A DNA stretch of 64,000 nucleotides from Eledone cirrhosa (GCA_964016885.1 OZ024743.1:108438001-108502000); one strand, 5' to 3'. Positions 27,901 to 49,585 are shown, numbered from the stretch's first letter. Numbers and translations are program-made. Notes: generated by a model from the sequence alone, not told the origin.

Positions 27901-29366
27901 TGTATATAGTGTCTTGAAATTTCTCTCCGAAGTTATCGCAAAATATCCAAATCAATTTCAATATACATAAACAAAACAAACAAATTTATATACACATAGA
28001 TTGAATAAAAGGAGAATAACATTATATATAGTGATAAAAATAAAAGTATTACCAGGAAAAAATAACCTTTATTTTACCTTTTTATTGACTTTTTTCTGAT
28101 GCATAAAAAATGAAAAAAAAAAAAAAAGGAAAATCTTTTGGATTTGTTTTCTAAATTTCGTGTAATTATATATTTCTTATTATTTTGTACTGTTTCTTTT
28201 TGATTGTTCAATTGTGTTTATTTATATCTGCCTATCAAAACCATTACCAAATTCTTTTGATAAGAGTTGTATTATGAATGGTGCTACTGTCATGTTGTTG
28301 TTCATCAGATCTCAGAGACTTCGGTTGGAGATACATTATATATATGTATATGTGTTGCTTTGGGGGGCGGGGGGGGGGGGGGGGGGGCTAGATAGATAGA
28401 TTGGTAGATAGAGAAGGATATAGATTTATACATAAGCACAAACGGGAAAAATGTACTGATTATTCACTTCACTTAGGTTCCTGTTGTTGTGTGCATTCAT
28501 TCACGCCTTATCTAGGATTTTGCTCTTCAATTATGTTCATCACACTTTGTTGACATATTTACACAAAGCTCTTATTATTTATTTACTACAAGATTTTTAA
28601 CCTCATTTCTCAAAGCCTTTTCCAGGTTTTCTTCGGATCCTTTTTATTAGATTCTTGTCCGACTTTGTCAGTGACTGTGCCGCCTAAAGTGCAACGAAAG
28701 TTTTGATTACAAAACTAATTGATAAATATAAAGTTCACAGTTTTGCTTTTGTTTGAAACGGCTAAAATGACACTTTTACATTATAATTCCTTTTTTTTTT
28801 TTTTATAAATATATATAACACGTTTTCTCATAAAGGCAATTGCCAGGAAGGTACCACCCCGACGTTGTATTATGTTCTATAAAATCCTTCAATTATTCAC
28901 TTGAATTTTTTAGAATTCATTCTTAAATTTCTTTCATATAAACATTTCTGAATCCCATCATTATTCAGTTCTCATCTATGATCTGCAATCCCTTTAATTT
29001 ACATCATCTAAACTTTTTTACCTACATTCTCTGAAAGGCTTCAACTATTTGCATCAGTATCTTTGACTAATATTTTTGCAATGACCTTCACCTTACTGTT
29101 AAAATAAATATGTTAAGGTTTATCCAGTGTTTTCCTCATATCTTTCATTTCACGTATGTGAACTGTTTTTATAATCCAAGCAGCGAATTGTTAGGTCGTC
29201 GTATTAAAATTGCTTTGGTATGTGATCTGGCTGAAAGCACTGAGTTGCAATCATGCAAAGGTCAATAATACCGTTCATCACTTCGTTGTCGATAAATATA
29301 TAAGTCCAGTAGAGGGACCCATTTTTCCTCTCGCTCTCTCTCTCTATCTCACCCTTTCCTTCGCTT

Positions 29367-32597
<3,231 letters not shown>

Positions 32598-32797
32598 NNN
32601 NNNNNNNNNNNNNNNNNNNNNNNNNNNNNNNNNNNNNNNNNNNNNNNNNNNNNNNNNNNNNNNNNNNNNNNNNNNNNNNNNNNNNNNNNNNNNNNNNNNN
32701 NNNNNNNNNNNNNNNNNNNNNNNNNNNNNNNNNNNNNNNNNNNNNNNNNNNNNNNNNNNNNNNNNNNNNNNNNNNNNNNNNNNNNNNNNNNNNNNNN
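32598..32797. other. Assembly gap (200 N)
   Basis: Run of exactly 200 N. Confidence 1.
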
Positions 32798-36011
<3,214 letters not shown>

Positions 36012-36094
36012 CAATATCATGGTAAAAGTATTGAGTGCCGAAACAAGAACCCCTGTAGTAAATAGTATTACTCACCAACTCTCTCTCTTACACA

Positions 36095-36150
<56 letters not shown>

Positions 36151-36521
36151 CGTTCTCTATCTGTGTATATCTAACCATCATTTTCAGTAGCACAACTCCA
36201 CACAAATTCCTCAATTTAAGAATGACCTGTAGTATCTATTTCATACTATTAACCTTAATTGAATATATATCTGACCAGGAATGCTTTTTGTGAAAATCAG
36301 TGATATGGAACTATTGTCATCTTGCCTGACGGTTTGAACTTTACAACACCACCTGCCCCTTTGAGGTCAAATACCAACCCTACTAGCATCTACAAACTGA
36401 CCAATGAGAATTAAGACTATTCCTGCTGACAACATTAAATTATTCCTAACAAGCTCATATGTCCCAAGGCTCTGATACAATCAACACTATAAAGACAGAG
36501 CTGGCATATCTAAGAACTGAC

Positions 36522-36580
36522 TACCTGCCTGATGAGGTCATAGCCATCCAATGGCTATCATCGAAATATATATAGCAGTA
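36522..36580 (+). ncRNA. Minimal type I hammerhead ribozyme
   Basis: tacctgc-CTGATGA(36529)-g..atagccat-cca-atggctat..c-GAAA(36563)-TATATA-TA-gcagta, followed immediately by AATAAA and ~45 bp later by (TA)n, as expected for a Penelope pLTR 3' end. Confidence 0.75.
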
Positions 36581-37034
36581 AATAAAGGATTATGAGTTCA
36601 TGCAATTGACTTATGTTTCGTCACTATATATATATATATATATATATATAGTAGAATAATCGAGTATCGAAAAATCGGCGCACGAGTTCACGATAAACAA
36701 AATTCGACATGAGTGGCAGAGGGCTCAATAATTCAGATAAATCAGAGCTATAACTATCGTTAAAATACCAACACACAAAGATTATGTCTAAAATCACCCA
36801 TACGACCGAAAAAATTACGATCAGGAAGATTCGGGTCACTCAGATAAAATATCAATAAATCAATAAATCATATGAATGTATATACATATATATACATATA
36901 CCCACATACATACTACATACTTATATATTCCAATCCCTATTTCAGCCATCATGTTCCTCGTCCTGTAGAAAGTAGCAGACTAAGGCTCCGTTGAATGTAG
37001 AACGAAGTTAGCGTCAACATTTTCAACATTTACA

Positions 37035-37221
37035 GTGCATTGGTTGTATCGATAGAGAGTCGCACGCCATGCTTTCCAGCATAGAGTTACATCCCTTTAC
37101 GGACTGAGTTCAAATCGGGGCGAGGTTAACTTTCCTTTCATCTTTACGGGGTCTATAAAATAAAGTGCCAGTAATGCCCTAGGTAATTGCTTGCCTTGTG
37201 CCAAAAATAGAAACAATTATT
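37035..37221 (+). mobile_element. SINE family A
   Basis: Degenerate A box, gagttcaaatc, central domain, gaaacaattatt tail. Confidence 0.88.
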
Positions 37222-37964
37222 ACCGATACATACAGCAGTTGGCTGTATTAATCTCCAAATCTCTATCCTTTACACGCTAAGGCAGCTCACTGCCTATGAT
37301 ATTTCGCCAGATTGCGAAAGACTATATCACTTCGACCAAATTTAATAGTGATAAGATCTCTAGTAAAATGATACCGAGCCTCGATGTGAAAGAGGCAAAC
37401 TACCGTGGTACGGATTGACATAATTGTTGTTATTGATAGAGACGTTTTAATAAGTGCAGGAGTATCACAAACCTGTTGTACGTGATAGTTCTCCGTTTAC
37501 TTACAATATAAAATATCCTTACTGTTGAAACTTTAATCTTTGTTAGTTTTATATCAGTTTTGCTGTTAATACCCATAACAATAAAAAGAAATGTTATATA
37601 AATAATTGTTAAATGAATAATTACTTATATATTTTGTATTATATTATTATGGACGTTGTTTATCACATTAATGTGATAAAAGAGCGAGTGTGAAAAACCT
37701 TTCGACTTTCTATTTATTATGACATTTAAAGCTGTTCAGCATAATGTCACGATAATATCACACGTACAGTCATATTTCTGCTTCATCAGCCATCTTGAAA
37801 GCCTTCAACCATTTCCGCTTCGTATAAGTTATTCAGAGGTACTATCTATTTCCTTTTTGTGCCAAGTAGAATGCCTAACGGCCATTTCTCTTTGTATTTA
37901 TATATATATAGAGAGAGAGATAGAGAGAGAAAGTGAGTGGGAGAGGGTGAGGGAGAGAGAGATA

Positions 37965-38015
<51 letters not shown>

Positions 38016-38016
38016 A

Positions 38017-38107
<91 letters not shown>

Positions 38108-38478
38108 ACATATACACGCCTCACACATATGTACCTGTGTTCACAAAATGATATATGAGAGATCTATAAGTACAAACATATAAAATCAAGAATCGAACCA
38201 CTCCTCCATCCTTTGCCATTCGATCTACCTGGTGCGTAATTTTAGTTCCATCTGTAAATTTTAACGACACACATAATGCATGTAACATTAATTTTATTGG
38301 ATGAACTAACATATTAATCTTCTCTCTTAAAAACTAACATTCTCACACACTCACTGATATGTGTGTCGGGAGGAAACAGCAGATAAAAAATGTCTTCAAT
38401 ACATAGGTATAATATAGGCATCTTTAATATAGATGTTCTAGGTTCTAGTCCTGTTGAACTCGATAATGTATATATATA

Positions 38479-38658
38479 GGTGGTGGAACACTGGAAGGTA
38501 ATATCCGTAGTGGTAGAGCACACAGTCCAAGGGAAGAGTTAGTTAGAAGTTGTTACACAACAGTTAGTTCACCATACCGAGAACAATTGTTGCTGAAGAT
38601 CCGCGAATGTGAAACAATTGTTCTCGGTATGGTGAACTAACTGTTGTGTAATAACTTC

Positions 38659-38660
<2 letters not shown>
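38479..38660 (+). mobile_element. Fold-back hammerhead cassette, family H1
   Basis: 48-bp arms 38544-38591 and 38613-38660 with one mismatch enclose g-CTGAAGA(38593)-tccgcgaatgt-GAAA(38611)-CAATTG-TT; the inverted copy extends to 38479; TA repeats on both sides. Confidence 0.75.
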
Positions 38661-38739
<79 letters not shown>

Positions 38740-39213
38740 GGATTATTAGTAAAATTGAATCTCTGGCGGTTTGCAAGCAAATTCGGCCTACTTATGAAGT
38801 TAGCAAAGTATTCGATAAGTTAGGTCCTTAGAATAATAACATATGTTTAAATAGCTTGACAAATCTAACATTGTGGTTGGCAAAATCTAACCCACAATAA
38901 CATACCAAAGTAACGATAGAACTAACAGGTTGAGAAAAATACACCTGGACAAATGAAAAGATTATACGCTTAAAGTGTCTCTATGAATGCGGAATCAAAA
39001 ATCAGTATTACATGACTGGCAAGCTACAGGTATTTTTGATCGAACAGAGGATTCATTTTGTCAACAGGTTTTCGTTCTACCAAGGACTAGGTGATAGGCT
39101 AAATGTTGCTGCTGTGTCGCGGCGTATCGTATCTATAGCTGTCACGTGTTAATTCCATCAAGGGAAATAATCCCCGAGATATAAGTATGTATACATACAT
39201 ATATTTTCCCATT

Positions 39214-39266
<53 letters not shown>

Positions 39267-39287
39267 ACGTACATACATATATGTTTA

Positions 39288-39372
<85 letters not shown>

Positions 39373-39398
39373 ATATATAATAACATATATATCATAAT

Positions 39399-39437
<39 letters not shown>

Positions 39438-39453
39438 GAGAGAGAGAGAGATC

Positions 39454-39494
<41 letters not shown>

Positions 39495-40086
39495 CCTGTG
39501 TGTGTGTATGTGTGTGTACATGTGTGTGTCTGTATGTAGGTATGTGTGTGCTCGTATATATTCATGTATATATGTACTCACACACCCATACAAATATATA
39601 CATATGTACATATAGATGTAGAATAAGAATTAGTCCATGGAAGTATATATATGCAGACGTTTATATTCACCTTCACATACCAGGTATCGCTATGTTATTT
39701 ATTTTTATTTATTTGTATTGAAACTTATTGTATCTTTTCTTTGTGGATAAGAAATCTCGTATATGTTCTTTCTGCGGGGATTCGTCATATGCGCCACGAA
39801 GACATTTTCTTTTCTAATCTTGAAAGCGGTAACAATGTATGTCGGCTTTTTTCATAGAGTTTGAAGTATGACTCTAGAATACGGATGTTGCTTGTCTAGC
39901 AGAAGGCTTCAATCCAATATACCACTATATCGGAACACTTCAAATCAATCATTCATCTTTTTTTTTGTTTCTCCGTAGCATTCTATCCATATATTCATAC
40001 GTCTATGTATCCCAATAATCAAGGCACATATATATATATATATATACACACACTCATATATATGCCATGATTATTGTGATACACAT

Positions 40087-40136
<50 letters not shown>

Positions 40137-41536
40137 CAAACTCTGCTAAGTATTGCAATCGCTTGTAAGATTATAGAGTTTCGTGCACATTTAGGCTACG
40201 GCTAGCCACACGAATGTGTAACATATACTGAAGAAGCAATGCCTTTGCTTTGAAGGATTTTTTTAAAGTGGGCCTTGCATTCGACCAATCCCACTGTCTG
40301 AGCATTGACAACACTATATATTCATCTTAACGACTTATGGGGCCTGTGTTTTTGTAGTATAATAGTTTTTAATACAATAATGTAAATAAGTATAATTTTA
40401 TATGTACTAAATATGTCCTCATTTTACATGTACTATAAACACGCATATTTAACACGTCTAACTTAAACCGGAAATGCGACTTGAAATGTGGATCCATTTT
40501 CCAGTTGAAAAACAGTTTTCTGCTCTTGGCATTGCATCATTTATTCATGAATAATTGTAGATTGGAGATGATTTAGAAAAAGTAAGTGAAGCTTTAGAAA
40601 CTCCGTATGTTTCGTATTACGATGAGGACCATGACCAGTTCTGTTCCTTTGTCAATTCTCTTACAAAACGCTAAATATCAATAGCACTGAAATTTGTAAT
40701 TCTTGTATAGGAACTAGTAAAGAGAATATCTGTACCGTTCCTCCGCGTACTAGATATACCATCTAAATATCATTTAAATCACATAGAGCATTTTTAAAAA
40801 TTCGTGTATAAAATTATGAATTAATTTTGATTATTTGATTAAGAAAATCGTTAAATCATCGGATAAAGTGACTGCAGTATTATTTACAACTGTATAACGT
40901 CTGAGTTAGAAGTCCCTCTATATTGTATGATTCTCTTCATATAAGGAGTCATCATTAATAATTTATCTCATTCCTTAGACATTCATTCAAATATCAACGA
41001 AACCATTAATTGTGAGGAACTGAAGCTGGTTCAGCCAATCACATGAACATTATAAAATGGCTATCTGTGACCGTAATCAAGAATATACTATAATGTTAGC
41101 AACACTTTCTGGCATAGTGGTAGATGTATGTTCGAATCACACAGATGATCATCCACTCTTTTCCGTCTCACGGTGAAATTCATGCTCGTGGTTACACGAT
41201 AGCAAACATATATATTGAATGTATCATTAATATTTGAATTGGCAGACAAATCAAAAAGTCGAAAAGTTTACCTGTCACTATTTAGTTATCACCCCTGTTC
41301 TGTGTATCACCCCTGTTCTATGTATTGCAGTTTGTATTGCCTTTCCCAGTTGCACTAAGTCGGGGATTGGGCAACTGTTATATTGTAGCGTTAAAAAAGT
41401 GATCCATAATTTGCCACCAATAAAATATATCATTCTATACAGTTAAAATACATCAACCTCAAATATCAGCTTGCATATATTCGAGCGTATGTGTCTATCA
41501 CAGACACACGCAAGTACACACATACACACAAATATA

Positions 41537-41849
<313 letters not shown>

Positions 41850-42032
41850 GATATTAACAAATGGAAACTATATTTATAAAACCATATTTATTTCATTATA
41901 CATATTTCAAGGATACCAAGTTAAATTATGGTATGCCTTCATCAGACAAAATACAATACATACCAGTTTTATAAATAAACATTGACGTACCATTTCAAAA
42001 TGCGACCGTTACTTTTGGAAGACATCAGGATA

Positions 42033-42145
<113 letters not shown>

Positions 42146-42924
42146 AGTATGTGTATTTATATACATATATCGAGAGAGGGAGAGTGAGACAGAAATCAAA
42201 TAAAAGAGAGAAATAGAAGGTAAATATAGAACATACACCGTTAGAGAGAGCTAAGGAGAGAGTTGTTTATTCGTGATAAACACACATCAAGTTTAATAAA
42301 TATACATTTAGTATTATTGGATCATGCATCAGGAATATCATTAGTTCTCTCTGGAACATTCCCTGGGTGACGTGACACGCAAACATACAACGGACAATTT
42401 AACACTTTTTTTGTGTCTCAAGACTCAGTGTTAAAACAACGTATTACTTCCGCGAGAAACACATGCTGTTATATTTGAGAGCATCAACATAATATGTACT
42501 TACATGTAGAATCAATTATAGATCACTGACGGTGCTAGCTACTATTAGAGCAGCAGCAACAACAGCGGCACAAATTCAGAAGCAGCAGCAGAAGAAAAAG
42601 CAGTAGTGATGAAACGGATCTCCGTCGGATTTAACGAAGAATATTCCATATGTTCGATCATCAGAACAAGATTTTGCGCGTGGACGGCAACGCGTTCGAA
42701 GAAATGATTGTCAATGTGAATCGGCCGTTGCCTTTTTACTGTGTCTAGTGATGTTTATTTCGGAGCGTTGAACCGAGTTCAATTCCAACTGAAGCCAATT
42801 TACCTTTCGTTATCTTGCGATTGGTAACTATGTACTAGTATTATCCTGAGACAAATTTCATCGATTCTTGTGTTTTACACCTTAACATTTCAGCCGCTGT
42901 GTTTATTTTATTATTTGCTGCAAG

Positions 42925-42948
42925 AGAAGCAGCAGCAGCAATAGCAGT

Positions 42949-43014
<66 letters not shown>

Positions 43015-43063
43015 TGTAGTAGTAGTAGTAGCAACATCATTATTATTATTAGTAGTAGTAGTA

Positions 43064-43128
<65 letters not shown>
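42925..43128. repeat. (GCA)n/(GTA)n microsatellite
   Basis: Direct inspection. Confidence 0.95.
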
Positions 43129-43129
<1 letters not shown>

Positions 43130-43456
43130 TGTAACTCAATTTGAACATGTGTAAATTTGGACTTACAAATTCTCAATAAAAAAAATAACTCACAGAAACG
43201 TATAACACGCATACATGCACAGTCTCAAACACATACACACATACAAAGACAGAAACACGTGTAGAAATACATGCATAGAAGCAAATATACATTTTTTTCC
43301 GTGCATACACGTCTATACAAGATCAGTCTGAATTGCCAGCACGTCATATCGTGACAATTTGCAAAAGAGGCAAAATAACTGATTACCTTCACAACAGAAA
43401 ACAACAATCAAATATCCACGCACACACACACACACACACACACAATGCACACACCC

Positions 43457-43499
<43 letters not shown>

Positions 43500-44144
43500 A
43501 CGAAAGATGAGCTTCATTGCAAAAGGATGCCTTTTTCAATGAAATCGTTCAATATACATTAATAAAGCACAATATGCTCTAATAAACTAGCGCAGGTACA
43601 TACCCCCCCCCCACATACACATAAACGAACACACACACACAAACAAACACACACACAAACAAACAAACACATACACAAAAATAATATAACCCACAAACAC
43701 AGACACATCATAGAACAAATATCAATGTTATTAGTTTACCACCACTCTTATTTCATTAAACGTCAGCATCGCCTAGGTCACTAGACCTGCTAAAAATAAC
43801 AGCCAAATAGCGCCCAATGTATTATATTGTACTGTTTTTGAAATAGAAGGATATATTGAAACGTATTGTCCGACAGAAATATGGAACCGTCATGGCTGGT
43901 AGATATTTGCTATGTCTAGTCAGTCAGAATTTAGCTGTGGCTAAACAATAAAAACAGCAACACTAGAATAAGTTAATCTCACAGATTCATACACTAATAT
44001 AACAATGGAATTCATTGGTGTTGCAAGTAATCAAATGTGATTTTATGTTTGAGGATAACATCTTCCCTTCTTATCTCCCTTCTGCTTAAAGGAGCAAAAG
44101 GTCACTGGCATACGCAGTAATATGACTCCGTTACACTCATGCGC

Positions 44145-44460
44145 ACACTACAATAACACTGTCACTATCCTGTTTGCACGCTAATAAAATATTGTCACAT
44201 GTATGTACAAATGAATGTAACATAGTCACACTCATCTGCCTACTTATACAATAAAACAGTCACATACATCTAGACACTAATAACACAGCCATTCTCATAT
44301 ACACACAAATATATCGTCACACACATAGGCACACATATACAATAACATAGTGGTACTCTGATATACAATAATGTTATACCACAGTCCCATACATGTGAAC
44401 ACTAAGAAGTACATTCATGTACACATCAATATAATATCGTACCATACATGTGCACTCGTA
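44145..44460. repeat. Highly degenerate minisatellite, ~30-40-bp unit
   Basis: Recurring aataacayagtcacaYwcat-like motif about every 33-38 bp. Confidence 0.5.
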
Positions 44461-45799
44461 TGAGTATACAAAAACAACCCAACTGGTCTAAACAGCTATA
44501 AAACAAACCAATAAATTAATATATTAACTCAACACATTTCCATTTTTGTGATAACATTTCCTTGGAATTTGTTGTAAAATCCAAAGCTAGCTAGATTTGG
44601 TGTAACTGTAGGCGGGCGTATCTGTATGTATATGCGAGTTTCTGTGTGTGTGTAAGGGAGACTGTGTATGTGCGTGTATGGGGTATGGAAAGGTATGTTT
44701 TTCTAGTTAGTTGTCGCCATTACAATAGTAGTAGTAGTTGTTGTAGTTGTCGTTTTGTTGTTATTGTTGTCTTCTCTGTTGTTAGGATGGAGTTATAGGA
44801 CCATGAGAGATGCAAATTGGTGAAAATGAGAGTTCATGTTAAGCAGTATGCCGCATTAATCTCAAGGGAAATCACAAGGCAATAGAGACATAACACTCCG
44901 CACCTTCTCGGCCCCTTCCCTCTCATATATCTCTCATTCTCTTTCTCTTTCTCTCTCTCTCACCCATTCTCCCTGCCACCACCACTAAACATAATACAAC
45001 ATAATACCATACAGATACAACAGGAACGAAGAATCAAGTGAATGAAATAATGAAATAGGAAAAAATGAGAAATACGTATATACAAACATATATATATATA
45101 CATATATATGTGTGCGTGTGTGTGTGTGTATGTATATGTATGTGTGTGTGTGTGTGTGTGTATGCATATATGTATATATACAGAGAGAGAGAGAGTGACA
45201 AAGAGAGTGTTAGTATCTGCGTACATACATGTATATATATATTTATATGTGTGTTTGCCTGTGTGTGCGTGAGAGAGAGCTAGGGAAAAAGATTTTCCCT
45301 CCTTCACGGAGTGTACTGTCCACGCTTTAATACTTAAAGAGGAGAGACAAATATAGAAATAAAACAAGATAACTAAAACATAAATATATAATATAGAAAC
45401 ATAAATAGTCACTTCTTTGTCAAATGTCTCACCTTTTTGTGTTGACGCGATGATCTCCCTTGGTTTCCTTTTCTCTTAGTACTACATTTTTATACAATTT
45501 TTAATGTCTATTCATTGTTTCTTCGTTTTTTTTCTTCCTATTTTTAAAGTGGGAGGACTCCACTTATTTTTACAACCGTTAATAATGCTACAGATGGATA
45601 TAATTCCCAAGATGATAAAGATTTGTTGCTGCCTTGCTGCCTATAACAATGCAATCTGTCCACACACCATACGAATTTTATATGGATATTTTTTTTGCTA
45701 AAATCATTTTTGCAGTTACTTTAACTTTCGTTATTTTTTGTCTTATTTCACGAAGTTATTTATAGATAGGAAGATAAATTAGGATAATTTGTTATGTTA

Positions 45800-45835
<36 letters not shown>

Positions 45836-45848
45836 TTGTATGTGTGTG

Positions 45849-45921
<73 letters not shown>

Positions 45922-46252
45922 GTGTGTTTCTGTGTGTATGTGTGTGTATTCGTTTTCTTCTTACAATAACAAAAATCCTTATTCTTTTATTCTTTTATGA
46001 AATCTGGATATTTATATGAATACTCCTAGCCAGATATATTCTAATGGATATAATATACGTTACTTGAGCATTGTTTTACATTATTCTATTTTAACTTTTA
46101 AAAATACTACTCGTATTCATACAGTTTGAGATTCTATATATAACTATATGCCACATTACCATTCTTCTATATGATTCTCATTACTCTTCAAAAATATTAT
46201 TTTACAGTGAGAAATTCTCTCTCCCATTCAACCTTATGGTTCATTATTATTA

Positions 46253-46436
46253 TGGTTTGGTAGAATTGATAGAGTGTCGGACAACATGCTTTGTAGCATT
46301 GAGTTACGGCCCTTTATGTTTTGATTTCAAATCCCGCCGAGGTTAGCTTTGTACCAGTAATGCATTGGCGTCGATTTGACCAACTTTTCTCTACCCTAAA
46401 ATTGCTGGCCTTGTGCCTAATGTAGAAACAATTATT
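46253..46436 (+). mobile_element. SINE family A, long form with central deletion
   Basis: gatttcaaatcccgccgaggttagcttt joined directly to gtaccagt; retains the gtcgatttgacc segment. Confidence 0.85.
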
Positions 46437-47235
46437 ACTATCATCATCATAATGAGACAAAATTGCAAATCTAAAGACTAGGACTTTGTATACAACAATA
46501 CTTAATACTGCAGACAGGGCAGTATCATGAAGAACTTCGCTTTTCTATGATATGGCCACCTTGTTCGATGACATTTTTCAGCTATAGGTCAAGTGTATTA
46601 CTACACGGGTGCTCCAAATTTCGTGAGTAATATATATAATATAGGGATTTATTATCGTATAATTTGTCCCAACCAATCCCGAAAAAAAGGAGTTTGGCCT
46701 GGAATGGCCAAAGCAAAATTCAATAACAACCGGGAAGAAATCGGTTTTCTCAAATGAAATGAAATTTGGAAAGTGTTTATACACAAACAAAATGCAGGGA
46801 AAATATGTATGTGTTAATTCGTATACGACATGCTTATGCGCAATATGCGGCTGCTACATCCCATTTAGAAGGTAAGCGATGATTCAAGACTGCATCAGCA
46901 GACACCATCTCAACGTGACAAGACTGTTATTGAATCCGGAAACACCTTTTCACGAAGCATGTCAGATAATGTCTGCAACACCATGTTTCTAGATATAAAT
47001 ATTATGATTCAGTATATCAGTCACTCAATACACCTATTCTGATAAAATGGGCTTTTATCAGAAATTGATTGAAATATCTCATCACAGAATTAAAAAATAG
47101 ATTATTCTAGATAGCCAAGTACGAATGAAATTTAAGAATTGAATGTACATCCGCACATAAGTATATAGAGAGTAATCTACATATATATATATCCACATCC
47201 ACATACGTCTCCTTCTTTTTCTCCCTCTGTCTTTC

Positions 47236-47335
<100 letters not shown>

Positions 47336-47366
47336 TATAAAGAAAGAATATGGTCTCTGTATATAT

Positions 47367-47549
47367 AGAACAATACATCATTAATATAATAATTTAACAC
47401 GTAATAGGAGCAAATGAGGCTTAACGTTTCGTCTACAGTTCTATCATCGGAAGATGAAATGAGTAGGAAAAAACAGAAAGCGGAAATAACATTGAATAGG
47501 AGGGAAATCACATGATGTTGCAAGTCGGCAATCATATATTCATATGATC

Positions 47550-47593
<44 letters not shown>

Positions 47594-47751
47594 CTTGCAA
47601 CATCATGTGATTTCCCTCATATTCAATTTTATTTCTGCTCTCTGTTTTTTCCTACTCATTTCATCTTCCGATGAGGGAACAGTAGACGAAACGTTAAGCC
47701 TCATTTGCTCCTATTACGTGTTATATTAGTATATTAATGATGTATTGTTCT
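47367..47751. mobile_element. Inverted pair of ~160-bp pLTR-like units with a degenerate hammerhead motif, separated by (TA)n
   Basis: 47367-47526 is the reverse complement of 47592-47751; CCGATGA(47668)...gtagac-GAAA(47688)-CGT-TA. Confidence 0.65.
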
Positions 47752-48229
47752 TTTGTGTTATGTTTCTGTGTGTATGTTCGATGTATCTAGTGGTATATGT
47801 GAGAGAGAGAGAGAGATTGTGTGTGTTGTTTGTGTGTGTGTGTGAGACGGAGAGAGAGTGTATGTGTGTGTGGGGGGGGGGGGGGGGTATCCAATGTTGA
47901 ATAGATGTCTGAATTCGGTTAGTTACTGGCACTAGTTCTGAAGTATATTTCTCATTCATATCGCTTCTAGGCAGTTCGTTACAAAGTAGTTTCAAGGAAT
48001 GAAAGAGGCAATACATAATTATACGAACAACTGAGCTCTAGAATAAATATATATATATATGCAGACACATACACAGGATCACATACACATATATAAATCA
48101 CTCAATAAATAAATACGTAAATCCACCAGTGCATATATAAATAAAACATATGTGAAAGAATTTGCGAATCATACATAATTATAATTCGCAGCGTTGCACA
48201 CAAATCGATACCATCACCCTCATTACATT

Positions 48230-48972
48230 CCTGAAGCGCTTGAAGCCATTCCTGTCTCCAAGCACTCGATGTTCACTTGACCAGGACTTCAGCTCTGTTA
48301 AAAAGACCAGCTGGGGAAACTATGTCTAGTGAACGGCGCCCACACCTGTTCCCCGTCATGAAACATTTGTAGATATCGTAGACTCAACGCTAGTTTGCGC
48401 ACAATCAGCCACAGCACACCCAATCCCCGACGCAGTAGATGTTGATAGCAAATGGACCAGTGGAAAGATTAAATGATCCAGTACAGTCATATCCTTCTGG
48501 AGGTTCAGTCAAAACCAGACCCCGAGGAATTTAGCCAGTTCAACCGTCCAACGCCCGACAACGATGTTCAACTGCATGGAGTTGTCTCTTCAGGTGCCGT
48601 GCTGCTAGCCCACCGACTTTTACTGTTTATGTTTCTTATCGTCTTAATGCGTTTGGTGTTCGACTCCCCTACGCTGACGTCGTCGGCATATGCTGACATC
48701 GATCTTCCACATTCTAGTTCGCACAGAACGCTCCTCAACCTTACCGAGTTGTACAATAATGTGCTGCGAATCAAAACATAAAGAGGGACAAGTGGCGACA
48801 ACCTTGGCGGACTGAGCGCATGGTTTTGAACGGTTCCGAAAGGTTACTGCTCAATCTAACCACAGAGTAGTTGTCCCTGCACATTGCAGTGATCCATCTC
48901 CGCATGTCGGGTCCCAAACCGGTGCTTTGAGGACTGCCACGAGGTAACGATAGTCGACCCTATCGAAAGCTT
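48230..48972 (-). pseudogene. Tx1/L1-type non-LTR retrotransposon reverse transcriptase relic
   Basis: Minus-strand motifs in order, with frameshifts: AFDRVDYRYL, SVRQGC, PLYVL, SAYADDVSV (48679-48690), GVWF. Confidence 0.85.
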
Positions 48973-49221
48973 AATAATAATAATATATGAATAAAAAAAA
49001 TCGACTCCTAACGCCATTAATTCAGTATTAAAAAAATACAAAACGGAAAGTAAGAAAAGTATATAATGTTAACATATAACAACAAAACTCAGTATCGATT
49101 ATGTAAGTTATAATACTTGTATTAAGTTTTAGCTCGGATAACTCAATCACACAGATACAGAGAAACATGTATGTATATATGCAATCATGTATGTATACAT
49201 ATATACATTTATATATATATA

Positions 49222-49460
<239 letters not shown>

Positions 49461-49462
49461 AA

Positions 49463-49504
<42 letters not shown>

Positions 49505-49525
49505 AAATATATATATATATATATG

Positions 49526-49585
<60 letters not shown>

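Noticed and set aside
29282-29292. ttcgttgtcga resembling the 5' part of miR-981
   Set aside because: Match is short and there is no precursor hairpin
40228-40256. CTGAAGA-agcaa..ttgct hairpin
   Set aside because: No adjacent GAAA or cleavage triplet
46600-46800. Possible Tc1/mariner terminal sequence (tacacgggtgctccaaa)
   Set aside because: No partner inverted repeat or transposase remnant found
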